Shown piece by piece: positions 24,469 through 36,453 of a stretch of DNA of 64,000 nt; the first letter of the stretch is position 1, and every line of letters begins with the position of its first letter. The stretch spans positions 1,178,001-1,242,000 of the forward strand of contig CM074520.1 of the NCBI GenBank assembly GCA_037379345.1. Reading direction: 5' to 3'. The translations under genes and the position numbers were made by a program. The notes beneath the pieces were generated by a model. That model searched no databases. It had not been told where the DNA came from and saw only the letters and a program-made list of their open reading frames with translations. The stretch comes from Perna viridis. Its lineage: Eukaryota.

Positions 24469-25821
24469 AATGAAAGTATTTCCATACGAAATGGGCGTGA
24501 AGTTTATGAGATGTGCAAAATAACGTTGTCAGTTTAGATCTTAGTACAAATGCACTGTAAATAGTAACAGAACTAAAAAGGTAATGCTAACGTACTTTTG
24601 CAACCCTGCTCCCACAAGCATGCTTCGTTATTTTCGAGTCAATGCATCATGCCCTATAATCGACTTGTTAATCACGAATTTCTGCAGTAAGAAAATCCAA
24701 TGGTAAACTTCCCCAAATTTCTTTCCTCGGACAACAGCGAAATAATAATGTACACCTGGAAGAACGACTTCTAATCTCTATCCACTTGACAATGACCAAC
24801 CGGCTCTTTCATGTGATACGCCGATAGCTGTTATTTAATGGGGAGCATTCTATATTTATTGACAATGGTCTTGTTAGGTATAATTTTTGTTGGAATCGGG
24901 GAATAAATTAACATTTTTATTGCGATTACGGGGCTATACTTGTAGCTACTAGCCTTCACAAAGTGCCATTAATTTGTAAACGTTTTGAAGAGTGTTTGTA
25001 GAAGGCAATTATAAGAGCTTTTAAAAGGGTGCGAGATTATCGTAACACAAAACATAGTTCTTTGGGAATTTAAACAATTTCTTGAATTGTCAATAAACAT
25101 CAGAAAATTAGTCATCTGTGCTTTTTTACTGAAGTTTGACATAGGAAACTGTCACAAATAAAAACAAGTAACTCTAAAGAAAGATTTTCTATCTTGTCGC
25201 CCGTAGTTGTTTCGAATGTTTCCAAAAAGTGACCAAACCTAAAGTCGTGACCTCCATTGAGAATCCACATGCTATTCCGGCTTTCATTTCGTGTGGTATA
25301 AACCTGTCTATTCAATGATATCAAACTATCAGCTCAAATTTAGATACAAACAACGATTCAGTACATATGAATGAATCATTATTATTTTATTGGTAAACTT
25401 AATTTTAAGAAGTATCAGGTGACATTGAGTTTAGAACGTTCATTTCCAATCGGCCGTTATTTCGATTAACTCCTCAGCGGGTTTCTGACCCATACATGTT
25501 GCGTACCTTAATTCATGTTGAAGAAGTATCGTGTTATGGACGCTGTAAAAATTTTGTACTGAGTTTGTATACGGGTGATAATGTGCTTTCCATAAGCAGA
25601 AAATTAAAATACCGACTGTGATTGGTACTTGCTGCCTCTATCTAGCAGACCAAGCATTGGTACTCATTGCCTTTATTCAACAGACCAAGCATATATTGGT
25701 GTCATGGGCTTAGGTAAACTATCATAGTCCACTCGTTCACCGAGCACCTCTATATATATATATGTGAAACTTGGATAGATAACACATTTTTCAAGGTATG
25801 TAAATGTATTTATAAAAGAAC

Positions 25822-26031
25822 TACTGTGGAAGTACTATTGTTCGTGGGGTACCAATTTTCGTGGTTTTCGTGGGAAGGCCAAACCACGAAAGTTGCTTCC
25901 TAATGAAAAGGACATTTTCATAGATGTGTTAACTGAAAATCTCGAAACCACGAATTCGAGAATCCACGAACTTGTGTTTCTTCCCCAATCCACGAAAATT
26001 CGTATCCACGAATTAAAGTACTTTCACAGTA
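25822..26031. mobile_element. MITE flanked by TA (Tc1/mariner-like), ~206 bp
   Basis: TA-ctgtggaagtact...ttcgtgg versus ccacgaattaaagtactttcacag-TA. Multiple internal TTCGTGG/CCACGAA motifs in inverted orientation. Confidence 0.85.
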
Positions 26032-27391
26032 TATGATCTCTAAGAAATATGAAAGTGGACCGGACGGTTCAACGAGGAAAATTGCTATTATTTTTTTTTT
26101 AGTCAAACGTTTGCTTGGTGTCATTTGTGTGCGCAATAATCACATTAAAATCGAGAGAGCAACATTCCCCCTGTCATAATGAACTTTTTTATTAACAGAT
26201 AACCTTTTATATCTTGTATCACTTTTTGGTATTCACTAGTCTTTACTTTTTGATACGACCTCGTTAATGATGACGATTGTGTTTTTTCGGCCTTGACTAT
26301 CCTTTGCGCATCACGCATGACCAGCCATTTCAGGGATTGTGTCCTGCTAGCGTCAATTCTATTAAATTCGATATTTCGCTACCCTCCCCCCCCTCGTTTT
26401 AGCATTTCGTTTTTACAGTGTTCCCTCGTGTGGTCCAGTCGGTTAGTTGATTGGTATCACCTGTTTGACCCATTAATTCCATAACAATAGAAATTTCTGC
26501 TACATCGGTTTTTATTAGTTTTCTATTGAGTGCTACTTAAAATATTTAACATTAAACAAATTCTGTGTAAAATTAGTCGTGTTACTAGAATTAACATCTG
26601 CAGTGGGGTGCATAATGAAAACTGCCACTAGACGGACAGGTCCCTAGGCAGTGCTAAGGTATGTTCATTTTAATTCTTAGTGAAATACATATACTGGTAT
26701 TCGTTTTCGTTTTTTCTGGTGATATGTTTTGTGTTTCTATGGCTTAATACTGCGCGTATGTCCTAACGATTAAATGGATATGATATAACGATTTGTTTGT
26801 CTTTGTTGTTGTTGTTGATGTCGTTTTTTGTGTGTGTGAGAGTGTTCAAAAAGATGTCAATATCCAGTAGCAAGGGTTCAAAAACTTTTAGTTCTAAAGC
26901 AGGGGCACAGTTTAAAGATAACTCAGTGAAAACAGTTAGTACTTGTAGACGCCATTTCTATATTAATGACTTTCCATAACCTCATATAATTATATTTGTT
27001 GCTCTGAAAAAAAAAAACACTTCTCAGTCATACTTATACTAGCTCCCTAAATAAAGTCGAGAAATTGTACAAAAAAATATCACCGTTTCTAACGCTAAAA
27101 AACAAGTTGATGACATGCAGCGAATGACAAGGAATGGAAAGTAAACCACGAAATGAAGACACTGAAGACGAACAAAACTGATCGGAAGTAGTTTATATCA
27201 AATTTTCATACAAGTTTATACAAAAAAAGCTACAGCATCCCGTACGTTCGATACGTGATAAGAACATGTAGTCCCTGAGGAGAACAAATAAAAGTAATGA
27301 AGGAGAGGAGGAAGGATTTGTCATAATAAAATGGCAGAAAATATTTTCGATAAAAGTTTGATATACTGTTTTGACTATCTCATTACTTCAC

Positions 27392-27750
27392 ATGTTGTCG
27401 GTACAAACGTTGTTTTTACCCTTGTCTCTTTGTTGTCGGTACAACAGTTGTTTTTTATCCTTGTTGTCAGTCCAAATGTTGTTTTTTATCATTGTTGTCG
27501 GTACAACCATTGTTTTTATCCCTGTTGTCGGTACAAACGTTGTTTTTTTATCCTTGTCTCTTTGTTGTCGGTACAACAGTTGTTTTTTATCTTTGTTGTC
27601 GGTCCATCCGTTATTCTTATCCTTGTTGTCGGTACAACCATTGTTTTTATCCCTGTTGTCGGAACAACCGTTGTTTTTATCCCTGTTGTCGGTACAACCG
27701 TAGTTTTTTTTTTATCCCTGTTGTCGGTCCTACTGTTGTTTTTCATCCTT
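27392..27750. repeat. Minisatellite of ~30-33-bp units, about 11 copies
   Basis: tgttgtcggtacaaccgttgtttttatcc(c/t) repeated. It produces the overlapping spurious ORFs here. Confidence 0.92.
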
Positions 27751-27813
27751 GTATCTATTTTCTTTATTTGCAAAGTTATAATGACCTTAATATCATTAAA
27801 ACAAATGATAGCG

Positions 27814-27910
27814 GACATTGTATAAAAATGAAATACGGCGAACATTTTACAAAAACGATTTATGGAGAACATTGTATAAAAACGTATTACGGCCGACATT
27901 GTATAAAAAT
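27814..27910. repeat. ~27-bp degenerate tandem repeat, about 3.5 copies
   Basis: acattgtataaaaa(t/c)g...tacgg units recur. Confidence 0.7.
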
Positions 27911-29164
27911 GCTCTATTTCTATAATTGATATACACTACGGTTCGTTTAACGTTGTATTTTCATGGACTGGGTTTTTTTTAAATGTCCTTGACTGTCGGG
28001 TCTCGAGTTTTTTATTGTGTATATATATTTATATATTTTGGGGATACCCTATGGGTACCATAGCAGCCGTTATTTTAATCATCGTTTTTTTTTCACTATT
28101 TCTTTTTCTAATTTGGTTAAGTACATTCAATCTGGACACACCATAGCAGTCATTCTTATAACTTTGTAGTTAATTATTATTCTTCCCACGAATATACATT
28201 ATATCAGAATATGTTTGTTTCTCTGTGCAATAAGTCAGCGAGTCAGAAACAAAAGTTTATTCGTACTATTTTATTTATATATGTATAGTTTTGAATTAAA
28301 GTATTGTTACTCAACTCCCAATGACATGAATCAGAAGCAGGCTTGACAATTAACAATGCATTTTAGACCAATTTTAACAGTCGTGAAAATCAGAAGTAAA
28401 AAATTCACCTAAATCTCTGAGTTATAGATTGTATACAGAAGGTTTTGGAATGGAAATCTATTCCTGAATTTTAGATGACAAAGATATTATTACAGCTCTT
28501 TGTAGATTTAGAACCTTGAATAATAACCTTCCCACTGAAAGTGGGCGTTGGCAAAATATAAGTAGAGAAAAAAGAAAATGTCATTTATGTGATTCGGGAG
28601 ATATTGCGGGATGAGGTGACAAAAAAAAATCCATCTAGCAGAAAAAATATTAAAAGACCAAATATGTAAAGTTTTGATGAATTATTATAGCTCGTCATCT
28701 TCTGTTCTCAACAATTTATGTAAACTTATGCGACAGATTACAAAGATATTGTCTCCAGGGTAGTTCTCTAAATTTATGTATATAAAACTCATCAAGAATG
28801 TGACTCAATATTACTCCTTCCAATACATGTACAATAATCAACTTATAAACGTTACATGTATCTATGTAAATTGTATTGAATTTGTTCTCTGTGTAATGAT
28901 ATTACGGTGTTTCAGTAATAAAAGATATAAAGGCTTGGAATTTAAAAAGATTCTCAATAAAAATATAATTAAATTCAGAAATTAAAAATGATAGGATGAT
29001 TAATTGAAAAGAGTGAATATCCAAAATATGATCTTCAAACGTTCTTGGCACGAGCAGTAATTTGATTTTCTCGATAACCAATCAATTATCCTATTTATTA
29101 AATAGATTTCTCCATTATGTATTGCTATTTTCAACAAAACATCAAAATTTTCTGAACATTTTCG

Positions 29165-29541
29165 TGTTGTGACGTTTTGGCGGAGGAAAGTTCGAGAGTG
29201 AAATTATTGAATTTATTACACAGCGTGAATTATCGTTTATATTACACCGGGACAGTCCGCTTGGTGGTTTATACGGTCTTGACTATCCGTACGGATCTCA
29301 CACGACCGCTCCTTGCGGGGATTGTGTTAGTAGATTTCTGTTAGTAGTTGGAAGTAGCGAAGCCCAGCCTTCGGGATATCTGACCGAAGAACTCAACCAA
29401 AGTATGTCCTACTAGCGGATGGACTGCTGATGATCTGGCCTAGTGGGTCCGAGAGCGTTTCCCCACTACCTGTTTGGGAGTACTTCAACATGAAGAGTCC
29501 ACAGGGACAGGAATTTTATATTATATATATACTCCTTGACA
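29165..29541 (-). other. GC-rich structured non-coding island; possible solo LTR or structured RNA
   Basis: TGT...ACA boundaries; minus-strand AATAAA about 47 nt from the end; nested inverted repeats. No TSD, PBS or PPT seen. Confidence 0.4.
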
Positions 29542-30930
29542 GGGAACATTCCATAAATCACCGTTATTTATTCAATAAAATCAAAAGTTAGTCAAATTGA
29601 AGTTAAATGATTTTGTTAACACTCTTTGTAATAATCCTCAAAAATTTTGTTATGTGCTTATTAGATCTAAATATCTGTCATCTCTTTTATTGTCTTCCCA
29701 GAGATTATTTTCGAAACGTAATTCAATTATACTGTATATTTGAATTTTGATTTAAAACAGTGTAATATTGGATTATTTCGAACTAGATCAATTATAAAAG
29801 TAAAAATAATTGTGTCGCTACAAGTACTTAAATGTGACATATAGCCTGAAACAAACAAGCATCAAAGATGTTCGCACCTTTGATCGACAGTTTCCGTTAA
29901 TCCACTGGATTAAACAGCCCTAGTCGTTCTAATCCAATTATCTTCCTGCATCTACATGGGATTAACATGCATATTGTGTAATTAACATATGGATTGATAA
30001 GATATTACACCTTCCTCAGGTAATCACCGGTTTTCTTTGTTGTTATATATTGTTTGGTCATATAGTTCCCCTTCATTAATTATTAAAGGTGATAATTTCT
30101 GACTGAGTAATCTGTTAGAGTAGATATTAATTTCACTAAGACAGGTTTTCATACAAAATTACTCCTATTGATATTTAATTGATAAAGTTGTATATAAATA
30201 CATACAAACTTGTACCAGAGTATTAAAACGTGTTGATTGAGTATTCAGAAAACACAGTCTACTGTTAAGAATCTAGAAAATCCATATATTAAATAGAAAA
30301 TATTTATTTAAGCCTTTTAACTGCAAACTCAAGGAATGAAATTCTGAAAAAGGTAAGATATTAATGAACTAAAAGAATCTTCTACGTGAATATAACAATA
30401 TTTGGTATCAGACTGTCAACCTTTTTATTAGCTTGACTTCCAACTAAATATGAACTTCTGTGATTTCAGTATATGTTTCATGCAAATCATATTAACTCCC
30501 AAGAATAAGCGGCGAATTGTAAAATAGCTATATCGCTCGGCCCATATTGTTAAAAACTACTAACAAGATGATATATGACATCCATTGGCAAAGCTTTAGA
30601 AATTACATATTGATAAATGTTTTCATACAAACCAAAGTATTAAAAAAGCATCACTAATCCCCATGGAACAAATAGCATTATTATAGACGGTAGCATACCA
30701 CGGTAGTCTCTAAGCCGTTGTTTAAACAAGGCCCGTAACTGCATTAGGAGCTTCTATCCCTAATCAAAATGTTTGTACAACTAATGTTGACAAGGTTAAT
30801 ACTTTGAAATGGTAGTGTTTTTGGAGAGATTATTTATTTTTGTTTCTTGTTTTTCTATGAGATTCCGAAAGTGTCAAAGCATGACACGCTTTATAACAAC
30901 ATTATAAAAGTGAAAATATATATTTTACAG

Positions 30931-31015
30931 ATTTATCAACATTAGAAACTCAGTGTCTAGTTCACACACAGAGAGATCACCATTATATTGGACCAATCTT
31001 AAATAACACTACATG
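30931..31015 (+). other. Probable 5'UTR exon of the plus-strand protocadherin
   Basis: tattttacag| acceptor and ATG|gtaagc donor. The next acceptor cattttttctttgcag| is at 31466. Confidence 0.6.
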
Positions 31016-31494
31016 GTAAGCACTAGTTGATTTTTAACATTATTAAGAACGATATGTTTACTTGTAAATTATGTTTGAATAATATAATAGGTGCCTAAAC
31101 GAATATGAATTGAACATTTCACTATACAGCTTTTATGATGAACAACAACATACTTGTACAACACGAACGTCGATCACAACATTTCACTATAAAATGCTTG
31201 TACAAAGTCAAAAACGCAGTGGTTAATTTCCCTTTTCTACAGTGTATCCCTGATTTTGCCAGTCCATGTATTATTAAATATGCCCCTTCTCGAAATATGA
31301 TTATGAGTTCAGTAATTTTTTCAATATCTTTATATAAAAAATAATAAGTTCATGTACAAACATTATTTTGTCGCTAAAACATAAATATCAGCCCAAGAGG
31401 TATCGCTTCAGAACTTGTATGTTTGTTTCAGAATATTTTTAATACAACTTCATTTTTTCTTTGCAGATCTTTGAAAATCTTACCGCCATCTGAA

Positions 31495-34400
31495 ATGATG
31501 AATCGGTTGTTCTGTCTGTTCGTACTAGTTGCCGTTTGCTCTGCAAACAATGTCATAAAATTCCAAATCATGGAGGAACTTGCTGTCGGATCAATGGTGG
31601 GTAATATTGCACTTGAAAGTGGATTACTAAAAAAATTTACTGTCGACGAACTTTCGAGGATTAATTTCAGCTTTCTAGACCGAACGGAAATGCGAAAACT
31701 GTTCACAATTCACGAAAACACCGGAAATATTCTCATTGACACTGTTGTAGACAGAGAGACCGAATGTATATATTTGGACTTGTGCATCCTGAGATTTGAT
31801 GTTGCTGTTCATTCATCGAATCCACAGCTTTTTGAAATTTATTCAGTTGAGATTACTGTAGAAGACAAGAACGATAATTCACCTAAATATCCTGTTGACT
31901 CAATTACAATGCATATACTAGAATCCGCAGTAATTGGAACATCATTAGGTTTGATTGAAGCAACCGATATGGACTCAACAACGAAGAATTCTATTTATTC
32001 TTACCAACTTGTACACAATAAAGACACTTTTGCTCTGAGTGCAAACAAGTCATCAGATGGACGATTTAATTTACGACTTGTCCAACTTGTGGAGTTGGAC
32101 CGAGAGAATAAAGAACGATACGAGTTGCAACTCCTCGCCAAGGATGGCGGAAACCCATCAAACACCGGAACGTTAAACATAGTCGTCCAAGTCACCGACG
32201 AGAATGATAATGCTCCTGTTTTCGAGCAAGACACCTACATCATAAGTATCAATGAGAACACGGCAAAACAAACGCCGTTACTCGCAGTGAAAGCTTATGA
32301 CCAAGACAGTGGCCCGAACGGTGACATAGTGTATAGTTTTAATCCAAGACAATCGGACATAGAACGAATTTTAAAAATTTTCAAAATAAATGAAAAAACA
32401 GGAGTAATATATGCAGCTGGCAATGTTATATATGGTAAACAAAATGTCTACACTATCGACGTAGTGGCTAGTGATAAAGGGTCACAGTCTCGTGAAACTC
32501 ATACAACAGTGGAAATAACCGTATTGGATACTACAAACAATAGACCGAATGTACATTTAAATTTTCTAATCCCTGAAAACGAAAGTTTTGTGAGTCTTAT
32601 AGAATCGGCTCAAGTCGGCACAGTGATAGCACATGTAACAGCAGACGACAGTGATTCTGGCGCCAATGGTCAAGTGATTTGCATGATAACTAACGAGTTT
32701 GTTACACTACAAAATATTTCAGGGAAACCAGGATACTTAATAGTGTTGAAAAGACAATTTGATCGTGAATTGAAAGAGGAACATTACATTTCTGTCACGT
32801 GTTCTGATAATGGTTCTCCGAAACTCAGTACGTCAAAAAGCTTCATGTTAAGGATTTTGGATGACAACGACAATGCTCCCATCTTTCTTGAATCGACATA
32901 CTCCGGAACTATTGATGAAAATAACTCAAATGGACAGTATTGTCTGCGAGTCTCTGCTAGTGATGCCGATGTGTGGCCAAATGATAACATTCGCTATGTT
33001 ATGTCTGGTGCCTCCAGTGATTTCTTCTCTATCAATCCAGTAAGTGGAATTATATCTGCCACACAAAAGCTAGACAGGGAGAAAATGGACGAGTACAGGT
33101 TCACAGTACTGGCTATTGATGGCGGGAACCCTGCATTAACCGGTACTAGCATTGTTGTCATATTTGTCGGTGACCTCAATGATAACCCTCCACGGTTTGA
33201 TGTACCATACTTTCAATTCTTTGTAAAGGAAAACGGGCCCTCTGATACAATAGTGGGAACAGTAAAGGCATATGATTCAGATGTTGGCATAAACAAAAAC
33301 ATTGTGATTTCGATGGTCCAGGCGGAGGGAACCAGCTTACCATTTACCGTCAATGAAAATGGTGAAATAAAAACAACGGAATCATTTGACCGCGAGGAAG
33401 AAAGTCGCTATACGTTTGAAATAGTCGCTACAGACCGAGGTGTGCCTTCGTTGTCTTCAAAAATATTTGTACGAATGTTCATAACTGACGAAAATGACAA
33501 TGAGCCAATAGTAAAGTATCCTAACAGCATAAATAACACCATTCAGAAAACATACTCTGCTACTTCAGGGACCTATCTCACAACCATCGAAGCAATCGAT
33601 ATTGACGAAGATGGACCTAATAATCTGTTAAATTACGAATTTTTGGCAGGAAATGAAGATGACGAGTTCTTTCTGGGCAGAAACTCTGGTAAAATCTACC
33701 TGAAGAGGCAACTAAGTGGAAAGTCAGCAGTCATGAAGACTCTGACGGTCAAGGTCACGGATAGCGGTGATGTTTCTTTAGAAACTAATGTGACCTTTAC
33801 ATTGGCTTTGACTTACGTAGATCCTTCAGTTGTTTCACCTTTCCAATCAGCTGAAACTGACAACAAACATGTTATAATAGTGATTGCAGTGGTTTCCATG
33901 ACAATTATAATATCCGGTGCTTTGATTGCTATTATCTGCGTCTTGCGCCATAGCGAGCAAATCAGAAAGAAACACACAAATGAGCGTGAAAAGAAGACAA
34001 ATATCGTTCCTCAGCTCTTTAAAGAACAAAATCTTAAACATATACCGGAAGTAAATGTCCAAGAGAATTTATCATATCAAGAAGTCCTTCCTGCGAAAGG
34101 GAAAGAAATAATGTCAAGTTACGATGAAGATCTTGATAACATGGAGCTGTACACGTCGTTCGGTACATCAGTGTTCACAGATACGTTACCAGGAATGGAG
34201 GTTGGTACAGTTGATAAGAAATTTAACAAAGTTTCAATTGAGTTTAAAAGAAAATATTTGAAAAAAGACTTCCTAGCTATGAAAAAAAAACAAAACAAAA
34301 AACAAAAACAAAAAACAAAAAAATGTTATTCTACCCTGGAGGAACGGAATTCACAACTATACGTTGTAGGAGTACCAAAACAGTATGTATTGGCAACTCC

Positions 34401-35281
34401 TTTCGGGTCGAGCTCTAAAATTGTGTTGACAAAGTTTCTGTAGACAATGAAACATAAGCCATTTATCTTCAGAGCGTTCTTATCATCTCTATATTTGTTC
34501 CTTTTATGCAGAAGCCAGGCCAAACAATGGACGACCAAAGGACAATGAAACGATCGTCACTGAAACACATTCTTTCAGACGAAAGAATTTCAGGAATACA
34601 TAGTCTGGGCGATATAAGCGAAATATCAGGAGAAGAAAACTCTGATAGTGGGCGTGGCAGTAGCGACCCAGATTTAACAAGACAGTCAATTTCATATAGT
34701 AAGTATTTGTGTCCGTCTTCGTAAGCCGAAAAAATCCCGTTTAAAGCTTGTTTTATCATAGATAATAGCATTTTGTATCATCATCTTTTGTGGTAACCGT
34801 AACGAAGTTGTTACGATAATAAACACTATCACTGCAGTTAAGCGACATCTATATATAAATGTAAAAGTACCAATAATACAAATTTTACAACATGTTTCAA
34901 GGAGCGATTTCTCCCCCAAAATTACTATTGTTTCTGCTGTAGGTTAGAAATGATGGAACACTGAGGTGTCCACCTTCTGAATCATATCGTTATGTTATTA
35001 CATTTTTTATTTGTATTTTAGATTCAGAAAAGTTTCTACACAAGCCAAAATCGATGTGGAAAAATAAAACCAGGCAGACAAGTAAACAACAATTTACAGA
35101 CGTACAGACACAAAGAAAAAATATATCAGACTCAAATCATATACAACAAAAATTCTATGGTTTTGTGGATCAACCTGATGATTATACTCACAGTTATAAC
35201 ACATTTCAACGACAAGACCTCAAAGTAGTGAGATTTAATGAACAGGGACAGTTCTGTGTAGAAACTTCGTCATTTGTATGA
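31495..35281 (+). CDS. Protocadherin A (delta-type, 7 EC repeats); join(31495..34200,34512..34698,35022..35281)
   Basis: Signal peptide; EC1 DRETECIYLDLC (C-x5-C); seven cadherin repeats with DxNDN/LDRE/AxDxG motifs in one exon; TM. Splice sites GAG|gttggt, tgcag|AAG, A|gtaagt and ttttag|AT give phases 0 and 1 in frame. Exon 2 carries the CM1-like SDSGRGSSD. Ends ETSSFV*. Confidence 0.93.
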
Positions 35282-35597
35282 GGAATATTTTTGTGTATTA
35301 ATTTTTTCTTGAGTTATTCAAATCGTCAAAATTTAATTTGACATAAACAAACAACATTCTATTAACATGAAACTAAGTTGAAAATCTTTTGTGTGTGTTT
35401 TAGTCTGAGAAAACGTTTCAAGTTTTCTCTATAAATGGTGCTTTATAAATTAACAAACGCACGATTGTTGTTTTGTTGATAACCTTATTTTAGATGCACT
35501 TTGTTTTTGTTTGTTTGTACAGAGTGTCACGTTTGTTATTTTTATGTATTTATTTTGTTATCTTGCCTAACATGTTGATTTCTTGTTGAAATAACCG

Positions 35598-35603
35598 AAT
35601 AAA
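35598..35603 (+). terminator. Candidate polyadenylation signal of protocadherin A
   Basis: AATAAA about 320 nt after the stop, following a U-rich 3'UTR-like tract. Confidence 0.4.
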
Positions 35604-36164
35604 TTGTCACAAATATAGGATTGTCAATAATTTATAAGGGAAACAAAGCGAAATCTCGGATAGACAGTTTTTTATACGGAGTCAATTGGAACCGATGCAT
35701 GTGTAGATACGTACTGAAAACCAGGGAACGAAGACGGATATTGTGATACATAAAGAAAAATAAACCGCAGATAATACATAGAAACTAAAACAAATCACAC
35801 AGAAAAAAAGTGAGATCAATTACAAATGATTAATGAAAGCCTCGAACCCAACTTGAAAAAGACAGAAAAGAAAAGGAACTCCCTTAAATAGTAAAACACA
35901 AAATTTCCTTATCATATTATCATGACCTGAATATCACATATATCTCTTATTCCGCATAAAACTCAAAATTATGATTTTCTTGCCATGTAGTTAGATTAAA
36001 TAAAGAGGTGCAGCGTCACACAAGTATTATTTACAAAGTGTTATTAAAAGACATTCATCATCTGATCGTAATGCATTCAATCTGAATTGAGTTATCTTTA
36101 TTTAGTCGCAAGATATAAAACTAATATATTTGTCAGCCTGACACCTGGACATTGGGATCGATTT

Positions 36165-36453
36165 TACAGGAAAACTATTGACCAAACTATATGACAAACG
36201 CGATGACTTTTCATTCCGTATTGTCAACTTTTCTTTCATCTGTGGCACATGCATATGGAGTTTTCATATCACAACCCATATGTTATGACAGAGCTTGCCG
36301 TTACTACGCACACTTTTTGTATCTCCCTTGATTACTTATACATGTACAATTAGGCTCCTGGAACAAGGTTATGTTGCTACAAGATTGAAGGAATCACTAC
36401 AGAAGTTTTATGGTCGTCATCGTGAACTCGTGGTTCGTTACGGTGTATCTATC
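36165..36453 (+). mobile_element. Penelope-like element RT 3' fragment, cut off by a LINE tail
   Basis: ggaaaactattgaccaaactatatgacaaacgcgatgac...ggtcgtcatcgtgaactcgtggttcgttacggtgtatc aligns with other copies. Confidence 0.85.

Noticed and set aside
24600-25330. Possible decayed coding remnant (VDRD*KSFFQV cadherin-like, LEVVLPGVHYYF TNF/C1q-like, SRNSMWILN PLE-like)
   Set aside because: The matches are short, in different frames, interrupted by stops and mutually inconsistent. A tBLASTx search would be needed.
27331-27929. Overlapping hydrophobic or Cys-rich ORFs
   Set aside because: They are translations of a ~31-bp minisatellite on both strands.
29427-29460. Active hammerhead or tRNA-derived SINE head at CTGATGA-TC-TGGCCTAGTGG
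   Set aside because: GAGA replaces GAAA, there is no stem III/UH site, and no B box follows the A-box-like sequence.
31428-34062. Antisense and alternate-frame ORFs over the protocadherin exon (likewise over the LRR-Ig, Gal3ST and protocadherin B genes)
   Set aside because: These are shadow ORFs of real coding sequence with no independent features.
34201-34443. Lys/Gln-rich C-terminus of the 1006-aa ORF, and its 24-residue N-terminal extension from 31423
   Set aside because: This is read-through into an intron with an A-rich simple repeat past the donor at 34200. The N-terminal extension spans the acceptor at 31466 and precedes the signal-peptide Met.
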